Of a stretch of 64,000 nucleotides of DNA, positions 57,147 through 64,000 are shown in pieces. Under the pieces are notes generated by a model. It saw only the letters and a program-made list of their open reading frames with translations, did not search any database and was not told where the DNA came from. Each line of letters starts with the position of its first letter. Within the stretch, counting starts at the first letter, position 1. The stretch is from Candidatus Woykebacteria bacterium (lineage in GTDB: Bacteria > Patescibacteriota > Microgenomatia > Woykebacterales > RBG-16-39-9b). The position numbers and the translations under genes are program-made. The stretch is from positions 170,510 through 234,509 of the forward strand of contig JBBDPN010000002.1 of the NCBI GenBank assembly GCA_040876265.1, read 5' to 3'.

Positions 57147-59042
57147 ATGACCGCGAGGGAGCTCAAAAAAAAATATTTAGATTTTTTCGAGAAAAAAGGA
57201 CACACGATTATTCCATCAGCCCCGCTCGTTCCAGAGCACGATCCGACTGTTCTTTTTACTACGGCTGGTATGCACCCTCTTGTTCCCTTTCTCCTCGGTG
57301 AATCTCATCCAGCCGGTAAAAGATTGGCTAACATTCAAAAATCTTTCCGCACCGACGATATAGATGATGTGGGAGACCCCTGGCACAATACTTTTTTCGA
57401 AATGCTTGGTAACTGGTCGCTGGGAGAGTATTGGAAGATGCAAGCAATAGGTTGGTCGTTTGAATTTCTCACAAAAGAGCTGAGGCTAGATCCAAAAAGA
57501 ATTTACGTAACAGTTTTTGGTGGAGATCGCGATATCCCAGGCGTAGCGAAAGACGCCGAATCAATCGAAATTTGGAAAAGCCTGGGGATCGCCGAGAGCA
57601 AAATTTACAAGCTTGGTAAAAAGGATAATTGGTGGGGACCAGTTGGATTGACTGGTCCGTGTGGACCAGATACCGAGATGTTTTACGATACTGGAGCTGC
57701 CGAGCACGGCGAGAATTGCCAACCCGGAGAGACTTGCGGGAAATACGCGGAAATTTGGAACGATGTTTTCATGGAATTTAACAAAACAGCCAACGGCAAA
57801 TACGAGCCGCTAAAACAAAAAAACGTCGACACTGGTATGGGTGTTGAAAGAACTACCGCAATTCTCCAAGGCAAGGACAACGTCTACGACACCGAGCTTT
57901 TTAGACCAATCATGGATAAAATACGCGTTTTAGCGCAAAATTGGAATGTTCGCTCGGCTAGAATAATCGCTGACCATCTCCGCGCCGCAGTTTTTTTAAT
58001 TTCCGACGATGTTACGCCCTCTAATGTTGAGCGAGGTTACGTGCTCCGCCGACTTATCCGCCGAGCTATTCGTTATGGGAAACTCCTTGATATAGACAAA
58101 AACTTTATGAAAGAAATTTCTGAATCAGTAGTCGAAATATATAAAGATGATTGGCCTGATCTTAAAAATAGGATCCCTATTTTTAGCCAGCTAGAACAGG
58201 AGGAAGATAGATTTCGGAAAGCGCTCGAGGAAGGGTTAAGAAAATCAGAATCCATTTTCAATAAAAAGATCTCAATTCCTAAAGAAAAGTATCAGAAAAT
58301 TATGCAAACAGCTGATAAAAAAGAAATTTTCAGACAAATCTATAGACTGAAAGGCTCCGGTGACACTTCGGCCGGTTTAGGGTTTGGAATCAAAATCACC
58401 AAAGATGAAATTGCTAAGGCTACGGTTTCAGGTAAAGAAGCTTTTGACCTTTATCAAACTCATGGATTTCCAATAGAAATGATCATCGAGCTTGTTCAAG
58501 AGAAGGGTTTGTTGGTTGATATTGAAGATTTTGAATCGGAAGCGAAGAAGCATCAAGAAGTTTCAAAAGCAGGACAGAAGAAGAAATTTGCTGGTGGACT
58601 CGCTGATCATTCGGATATTACTGTTCGGGGACACACGGCCACCCATTTGCTTCATCAGGCTTTGCGGGATGTTCTTGGCGACCATGTTCATCAAACCGGT
58701 AGCAATATTACTCCCGAAAGAATTCGTTTTGACTTCTCGCACAGCGATAAATTAACACCGGAGCAAATAAAGAAAGTCGAGACCATTGTTAACTCCAAAA
58801 TAAGAGAGGATTTACCGGTAAAAAAAGAGCTGATGAGCCAGGAGGAGGCAGATAAGTCTGGTGCTATAGGCTTGTTTCGCGAAAAATACGGAGACAAAGT
58901 GAGTATATATAAAATTGGTGACTATTCGATTGAGTACTGTGGTGGGCCTCATGTAAAGCACACAGGAGAGGTTGGCAGGGTTAAAATAATAAAGGAAGAA
59001 GCACTGGGTGCCGGGCAAAGACGTATCAGAGCAACCCTTTAA
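57147..59042 (+). CDS. alaS: alanyl-tRNA synthetase (truncated form lacking the C-terminal C-Ala domain)
   Basis: Class II catalytic core. Editing-domain HxxxH (HTATHLLH). 631 aa. Confidence 0.9.
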   Translation: MTARELKKKYLDFFEKKGHTIIPSAPLVPEHDPTVLFTTAGMHPLVPFLLGESHPAGKRLANIQKSFRTDDIDDVGDPWHNTFFEMLGNWSLGEYWKMQAIGWSFEFLTKELRLDPKRIYVTVFGGDRDIPGVAKDAESIEIWKSLGIAESKIYKLGKKDNWWGPVGLTGPCGPDTEMFYDTGAAEHGENCQPGETCGKYAEIWNDVFMEFNKTANGKYEPLKQKNVDTGMGVERTTAILQGKDNVYDTELFRPIMDKIRVLAQNWNVRSARIIADHLRAAVFLISDDVTPSNVERGYVLRRLIRRAIRYGKLLDIDKNFMKEISESVVEIYKDDWPDLKNRIPIFSQLEQEEDRFRKALEEGLRKSESIFNKKISIPKEKYQKIMQTADKKEIFRQIYRLKGSGDTSAGLGFGIKITKDEIAKATVSGKEAFDLYQTHGFPIEMIIELVQEKGLLVDIEDFESEAKKHQEVSKAGQKKKFAGGLADHSDITVRGHTATHLLHQALRDVLGDHVHQTGSNITPERIRFDFSHSDKLTPEQIKKVETIVNSKIREDLPVKKELMSQEEADKSGAIGLFREKYGDKVSIYKIGDYSIEYCGGPHVKHTGEVGRVKIIKEEALGAGQRRIRATL

Positions 59043-59053
59043 GCTATAATAGT

Positions 59054-60025
59054 ATGAGACTACCAAAAATGCCCATTCTCAATTTTTTGAACAGAAAATC
59101 AAAAAAGAAATCCTTTCTAGTTATCGAGATAGGGTTAGAGAGGATTTCATGCGCTGTTTTTGAAAAGGAAAAAGGCGCTATTCGATTGAAAGGTATCGGT
59201 AAAAAAAGTTTCTCTAGGCAAGATGAGGTATTTGACGCAGTTTTGGAAGCCCTGGACTCTCTCGCTGCCATAGTACCAGATTTTCCGCCGACGGGCATAT
59301 TGGGTATTTCAGGTGGTTCTTTAGAAACGGTTACAACTGTAGCGAGATTTACTAGAGAAAATCCCAGAAAGGCAATTAGCCCAAAGGAAACAGAAGGCAT
59401 ATTAAACAAGGTTGTAGATGATTTAGATACCGGTGAGAAAAGGATACTGTTTTCTACAATTGCTAACGCCCAGATTGACAAAGTGAAAGTCTCCAACCCC
59501 CTTGGCCTAAAAGGAGAAAAAGTTGAATTGTCTTGCTTTGTAGCATTTAAAAAGAGTCAAGAAATGGAACTTCTCGACAGGTTAATGAATGAAATAGATT
59601 TGAAAGTAGAAAAGGTCCTTCCCAGCTCCTTTGCGGTAGCGAAAAGTTTGGAGAATAAAAACTTAAAAGATGCTTTTATTTTTCGGGTCGGTAGTGAAAA
59701 TAGCGAGGTCACCGCTCTTGTGGACGGTCATATATCAGAGATATTACCGGTAAGCCTTGGATTTTCGCAGCCACAACTACTTCCCTTTGCTTGGAGAGCA
59801 GCGGTAAATAAGATCGAGAAAGACAAATACCCGTCACTCATTTGGGTATTTGCTGATAGTGATAGGGTTGATTTGGAAAAAGCCAAAGACCTATTAGAAA
59901 ATTTTGATTGGAAAGCAGGTCTTGGGTTTGAAATATCACCAAAGATAGAGGTGGCTTCTAGCGTTCAGAATTTTTCACCTTCTGACATTGGCGTTTACGC
60001 TTTGGGTAAACAAGGAGAGACCTGA
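59054..60025 (+). CDS. actin-like ATPase, FtsA/PilM family (putative)
   Basis: N-terminus FLVIEIGLERISCAVFEKEKGAIRL resembles the FtsA/PilM phosphate-1 region. Weak overall. Confidence 0.35.
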   Translation: MRLPKMPILNFLNRKSKKKSFLVIEIGLERISCAVFEKEKGAIRLKGIGKKSFSRQDEVFDAVLEALDSLAAIVPDFPPTGILGISGGSLETVTTVARFTRENPRKAISPKETEGILNKVVDDLDTGEKRILFSTIANAQIDKVKVSNPLGLKGEKVELSCFVAFKKSQEMELLDRLMNEIDLKVEKVLPSSFAVAKSLENKNLKDAFIFRVGSENSEVTALVDGHISEILPVSLGFSQPQLLPFAWRAAVNKIEKDKYPSLIWVFADSDRVDLEKAKDLLENFDWKAGLGFEISPKIEVASSVQNFSPSDIGVYALGKQGET

Positions 60026-61554
60026 TGAAGAGACTTGAATTTGCTGAAAAGCACAATTTAGTAGATGTTTTAAACGCGCTGAAGAACGAGCCCGACAAAG
60101 ATATTGAAATTTTTATTTTTGCCGGTAGTGAGATATTGAAAAACCCGACCAACCGAACGATCATCAATCTCCAGGCCGCCGAGTTAGGAAAAAAGATATC
60201 GATCAAAGGTGATGAGGGAATAAAACCAATCATAAGCGGCGAACAACCAAAACAAGAGGGGCAACCCGATAAGAATTTAGGGTTTGTTGAGGGTAAAGAC
60301 GTAGTTCATGAGGCACCTCCAGCATCGACACCGGGAGTACCCCCGGAGAAAAAAGGAAAATTCACCCTTCCGAAATTACCAAAACTTGCCTTTGTGGATA
60401 AGTTTTTTAAAGGTCCTAGGTGGATTTACTTTTTAATTGGACTTTTGGCCCTGTTGTTTGCTGGAACGGTTTTGGCTTTTTGGCTCGTTCCTAGTGCTAC
60501 TGTTACTCTTCGTACCGAGGAGAGATTCCAAGAGGCAGAGCTCACTCTAGTAGCAAGTCCCGCGCAGGAAGAAATAGACATGGACAAAGTAATTATACCG
60601 TTGAAAACTGTTGAGGCAACTGTAGACGATGTTCTAGAGGTAAAAGCCACGGGTACAAAAACTGTAGGTACATCAGCCAAGGGTAGGATAAAGATTGTAA
60701 ATCGTGATTCAAAAAGCGCAAAGACTTTCTTCAAAGGGACGACGATTACTACTGTTTCGGGAGCCAAGGTCTCATTCACGCTTGATAATATCGCTACTGT
60801 TTCTGCTGCTCCTGTTGGATGTGAAGATTGCCCATCCGCCGGAGTTGATGTAACGGCGACATCTATTGGCGAGGAAGGGAATCTTAAAACAGGGACCGTT
60901 TTCAGGGTCGGTAGTGCTAACGTAAATTTGGTTTTCGCCAAAAGTGAAACTAATTTCACTGGGGGTTCTAGCAAAAAAATTACAGTGGTTTCGGCTAATG
61001 ATCAAAAAAAAGCGAAACAAGAGCTCTTGAAAAAATTAGAGGAAGAAGCCCGCAAGCAAATAGAGGAGGAAAATCCTGATGTTACCATCCCAGAAGGTGG
61101 TCTGGAGACTGAGATTGTAAATGAAACATACAGTAAGGACGTTGGTGACGAAGCAGGAGATTTTCGAATAAGTTTAGAGGTTGGGGTGACGACGAGCGTC
61201 TTTTCAGAGGAAGATCTAAAGGACCTGCTCATAGGTTCGATTAGTGATAGCGTTCCCAGTGGTTTCGAGGTGGATAGGGAAAAATCAATAGTGGAAAGTG
61301 AAATCTTGGAAAAAGGAGAGGAGGATATAAAAGTTACGGGGAAGATAAAAGCCAGTTTGGTGCCAAAGATAGATAAGGAAGAGTTAGCAAGAAATATTTC
61401 AGGAAAGGATTTTGGTACCACCGATAAACATCTAAAATCAATAGCTAGTATTTCCGGGTTCGAAATTAAGCTAAACCCCCCATTCTTTAGAATATTTGGT
61501 ACGATGCCACTTTCGGCAAGTAGAATAAATGTGGAGGTAGCAAAAGAAGAATAA
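60025..61554 (+). CDS. hypothetical bitopic membrane protein with large T/V/G-rich extracytoplasmic domain
   Basis: 509-aa ORF with a single TM near residue 130. Translationally coupled to the upstream gene. Confidence 0.35.
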   Translation: MKRLEFAEKHNLVDVLNALKNEPDKDIEIFIFAGSEILKNPTNRTIINLQAAELGKKISIKGDEGIKPIISGEQPKQEGQPDKNLGFVEGKDVVHEAPPASTPGVPPEKKGKFTLPKLPKLAFVDKFFKGPRWIYFLIGLLALLFAGTVLAFWLVPSATVTLRTEERFQEAELTLVASPAQEEIDMDKVIIPLKTVEATVDDVLEVKATGTKTVGTSAKGRIKIVNRDSKSAKTFFKGTTITTVSGAKVSFTLDNIATVSAAPVGCEDCPSAGVDVTATSIGEEGNLKTGTVFRVGSANVNLVFAKSETNFTGGSSKKITVVSANDQKKAKQELLKKLEEEARKQIEEENPDVTIPEGGLETEIVNETYSKDVGDEAGDFRISLEVGVTTSVFSEEDLKDLLIGSISDSVPSGFEVDREKSIVESEILEKGEEDIKVTGKIKASLVPKIDKEELARNISGKDFGTTDKHLKSIASISGFEIKLNPPFFRIFGTMPLSASRINVEVAKEE

Positions 61555-61555
61555 G

Positions 61556-62554
61556 ATGCGCTCTTCGTGGACAGTAAAACATCCCTTTGGTGGGTGGTTT
61601 AAGTTGTTTATAACGGGTTTTATTTTAATAGCTATACCAATAGCGACTTTGACCATTTGGGTAAACTGGTCGATGAAACCGGTTAGTGAAAGGGTAAAAG
61701 AAAAGGTCTTTGTGATAAAAAGGGGGGAAGGGGCTCTTTCTTTTTCACGCCGGCTGGAAGATGAAGGCATAATCAAGAACGCTTTTATATTTAGAATTTA
61801 CCTTGGTCTTTCTGGCTTGGATAAAAAAATACAAGCAGGTAGCTTCAAACTCTCAGGACAAAATAGCGCTGAGGAGATTGCGCAGAGCCTAACCAAAGGG
61901 AGAATAGATAAATGGGTTACTATAATCGAAGGCTTGCGAAAAGAGCAAACCGCCGAAATTTTGGTAGAAGATTTTGATATAGACGAAAAGAAATTTTTAT
62001 CCCAAGTTAGGGAAGGAGAGCTTTTCCCGGACACCTATCTTATCCCTACGAACGCTAATGAAGCAAAAATACTAGCAATTTTTAGAAAAAATTTCGAAAC
62101 AAAAGTTAACGCTGCTCTTTTAGAAACAGCTAAAAAGAGGAGACTTACAAAAGACCAGGTTCTTATACTTGCTTCTATTGTAGAAAGAGAAGGTAGAAAT
62201 GAGAGTGAAAGACCGACTATCGCTGGGATTCTAATTAAAAGATGGAGGGAAGGAATGACACTTGGAGCTGATGCCACGGTCCAATATGCATTGGGATACA
62301 GCAGCGAGGAAAAAACTTGGTGGCGAAAAAACTTGACCGCAGACGATCTTCAGGTAAACAGTTCGTATAATACGCGTAAAAAAGTCGGTTTGCCTCCCAC
62401 TGCTATTTGCAGCCCTGGGCTCTCGTCGATCCGGGCGGTGGTTGAGCCAAGAGAAACACCATACTATTATTACCTTCACGATAAAGAAGGCAGGGCCCAT
62501 TATTCGGAGACTTTTAAAGAGCATCAGCAAAAGATATCGCAGTTCTTATTATAG
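61556..62554 (+). CDS. mltG: endolytic murein transglycosylase MltG (YceG family)
   Basis: N-terminal TM. YceG domain with GLPPTAICSPGLSSIRAVVEP. Confidence 0.8.
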   Translation: MRSSWTVKHPFGGWFKLFITGFILIAIPIATLTIWVNWSMKPVSERVKEKVFVIKRGEGALSFSRRLEDEGIIKNAFIFRIYLGLSGLDKKIQAGSFKLSGQNSAEEIAQSLTKGRIDKWVTIIEGLRKEQTAEILVEDFDIDEKKFLSQVREGELFPDTYLIPTNANEAKILAIFRKNFETKVNAALLETAKKRRLTKDQVLILASIVEREGRNESERPTIAGILIKRWREGMTLGADATVQYALGYSSEEKTWWRKNLTADDLQVNSSYNTRKKVGLPPTAICSPGLSSIRAVVEPRETPYYYYLHDKEGRAHYSETFKEHQQKISQFLL

Positions 62555-62621
62555 ATTTAATATCTTGACAAGACAGTCCTTAGCGACTATTCTTTAGATG
62601 TAATTGAATATAAAGTTGGAC

Positions 62622-62653
62622 GTACATTGTGCGTACGTCTTTTATTTTTGACG
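62622..62653 (+). terminator. intrinsic terminator after mltG
   Basis: 7-bp stem GACGTAC/GTACGTC with a 7-nt loop, followed by TTTTATTTTT. Confidence 0.6.
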
Positions 62654-62694
62654 TAACCTGCCTTTTCTTACTAGGGATTCATCTAAAGGTTTTA

Positions 62695-64000
62695 ATGGCT
62701 AAACGGAAAATTTTTGGAACAGCAGGCAACACCTTTCCTCTTATAAATTTAATAGAACCACAAAAAGCTTCGTATAAGTGGTTACTCGACGAGGGAATCA
62801 AGGAACTTCTAGCCGAGGTTTCTCCCATCGAAGATTTCACCGGGCAAAATTTTGCCCTTTATTTTGTCGAGCATTTTACCGGTGAGCCAAAATATACACC
62901 ACGGCTGGCCATCGAAAAAGGCGGCACTTATTCAGCGCCATTGAAAGTAAAAAGCAGACTTGAAAATAAGCAAAGTGGAGAAACCATAGAGCAAGAGGTC
63001 TTTTTAGGAGACCTGCCGCTCATGACAGATTCGGGTACGTTTATTATAAACGGCGTCGAACGTGTGGTAGTAACTCAGCTAACCAGAAGTCCTGGTATTT
63101 TTTACACTGCTGATGTTGATCCGGCCACAGGGAGAAATTTGTTTAGGGCGGAACTGCGACCGACTAGAGGCAGCTGGTTGGAGTTTGAAACCGCCAGGAA
63201 CGATCTTATTTCAATTAGGATTGATCGAAAACGTAGAATTCCAGCAACTACTTTTTTGCGAACTATTGGCTATGGTAGCAGTGAAAAAATTAGAAAACTT
63301 TTTGAGGGTATAGAAACCACTAAAGAACATGACTACATTGACGTTACTTTGGGTAAAGACTCCACCGAAACCGCAGAGGAGGCTTTTCTGGAGATCTACC
63401 GAAAGATGCGCCCAGGTGATCCACCGGTACTTGAGAACGCCAGGGTACTTTTGGAGAACCTCTTTTTCAACAGCCGAAGATACTCTTTGGGTAAAGTTGG
63501 AAGGTACAAATTAAACAAAAGACTTTCTCTTTCGGTTCCCAACGATCCAGATCATTGGATACTTTCCCCCGATGACATAGTTGCTGCCATAAAATTACTA
63601 ATTAGGTTGAATCATGGGGAAGGCAGTCCAGATGACATTGACCATTTGGGTAACAGAAGGGTAAGAGCTGTCGGTGAATTGGTCCAAAATACCCTTAGGA
63701 TTGGGCTGCTGCAGATGGAAAGGGTCGTAAAAGAAAGGATGAGTCTTTCCGCAGATCTAACCAGTGTTACCCCGGTTGCACTTATAAACGCAAGACCAAT
63801 AGTCGCTCGGCTAAACGAATTTTTTGCTGGTAGCCAACTCTCACAGTTTATGGATCAGATCAATTCTCTTTCCGAGCTTGAGCATCTGCGCCGATTGTCG
63901 GTGATGGGTCCCGGTGGTTTAACTCGCGAAAGAGCAAGCTTTTCCGTTCACGACATTAACAACTCACAATACGGAAGAATTGATCCGATCAAATCTCCCG
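62695..64000 (+). CDS. rpoB: DNA-directed RNA polymerase beta subunit, N-terminal part (runs off the window)
   Basis: MAKRKIFGT ... FIINGVERVVVTQLTRSPG and further RpoB N-terminal motifs. No stop before the window end. Confidence 0.9.
   Translation, partial: MAKRKIFGTAGNTFPLINLIEPQKASYKWLLDEGIKELLAEVSPIEDFTGQNFALYFVEHFTGEPKYTPRLAIEKGGTYSAPLKVKSRLENKQSGETIEQEVFLGDLPLMTDSGTFIINGVERVVVTQLTRSPGIFYTADVDPATGRNLFRAELRPTRGSWLEFETARNDLISIRIDRKRRIPATTFLRTIGYGSSEKIRKLFEGIETTKEHDYIDVTLGKDSTETAEEAFLEIYRKMRPGDPPVLENARVLLENLFFNSRRYSLGKVGRYKLNKRLSLSVPNDPDHWILSPDDIVAAIKLLIRLNHGEGSPDDIDHLGNRRVRAVGELVQNTLRIGLLQMERVVKERMSLSADLTSVTPVALINARPIVARLNEFFAGSQLSQFMDQINSLSELEHLRRLSVMGPGGLTRERASFSVHDINNSQYGRIDPIKSP

Noticed and set aside
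1-64000. CRISPR arrays, integrases, transposases, IS elements
   Set aside because: No regularly spaced direct repeats and no recombinase or transposase-like ORFs are visible anywhere in the window. The only repeats are the tandem gene-end duplications and the 21-nt and ~30-nt motifs reported above.
1-64000. Stop-codon reassignment (e.g. UGA to Gly, as in some CPR lineages)
   Set aside because: TGA terminates well-conserved genes at their expected C-termini: gckA at 2377-2379, pgk at 28427-28429, vapB at 17800-17802. TAA and TAG are also used as stops. The single in-frame TAG in the DUF433 gene is isolated.

Overview
The window looks like a reduced, AT-rich (about 40% G+C by eye) bacterial chromosome segment. 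The short housekeeping proteins and gene set suggest a Candidate Phyla Radiation / Patescibacteria-type genome; this assignment is inferred, not demonstrated. TGA, TAA and TAG all act as stops in well-conserved genes, so the standard code applies.

It is mostly conserved core genes:
- a HAD hydrolase, glycerate kinase, and an ABC substrate-binding protein with an adjacent sensor kinase;
- an M23 peptidase, tRNA-Cys, and a cell-envelope glycosyltransferase cluster (UbiA, GT4, GT2);
- tatD, metG, rmuC, two UvrD-family helicases, trxA, pgk, tpiA, an LCP protein, pilN/pilO, rpsT, murJ and lepA;
- hrcA-grpE-dnaK with a receiver-only protein, then dnaJ, nusA-infB, rpsO-pnp, a family-4 UDG, RNase J, a Nudix hydrolase, ftsK, a RodZ-like protein, alaS, mltG and the start of rpoB.

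Four things stand out against this background:
1. Three visibly G+C-richer islets (about 16.8-17.3 kb, 18.2-19.1 kb, 22.0-23.6 kb) carry small ORFan genes with strong GGAGG ribosome-binding sites and consensus sigma70 promoters. They sit between rmuC and a helicase-nuclease fusion, and between the two helicases, together with a vapBC toxin-antitoxin pair and a DUF433 gene interrupted by an in-frame TAG.
2. A conserved ~21-nt motif, CTGCGACCACTTCGTGG(G/A)CTA, occurs four times in gene leaders. At lepA and the GT2 gene it is associated with diverged local duplications of the gene's 3' end. At lepA the duplicate still forms an intact 18-codon mini-ORF.
3. dnaK almost certainly initiates at a non-canonical ATT codon.
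4. A ~1 kb G+C-rich, ORF-poor, palindrome-rich gap between dnaJ and nusA is a candidate structured-RNA locus.

No CRISPR array, integrase or transposase is visible.
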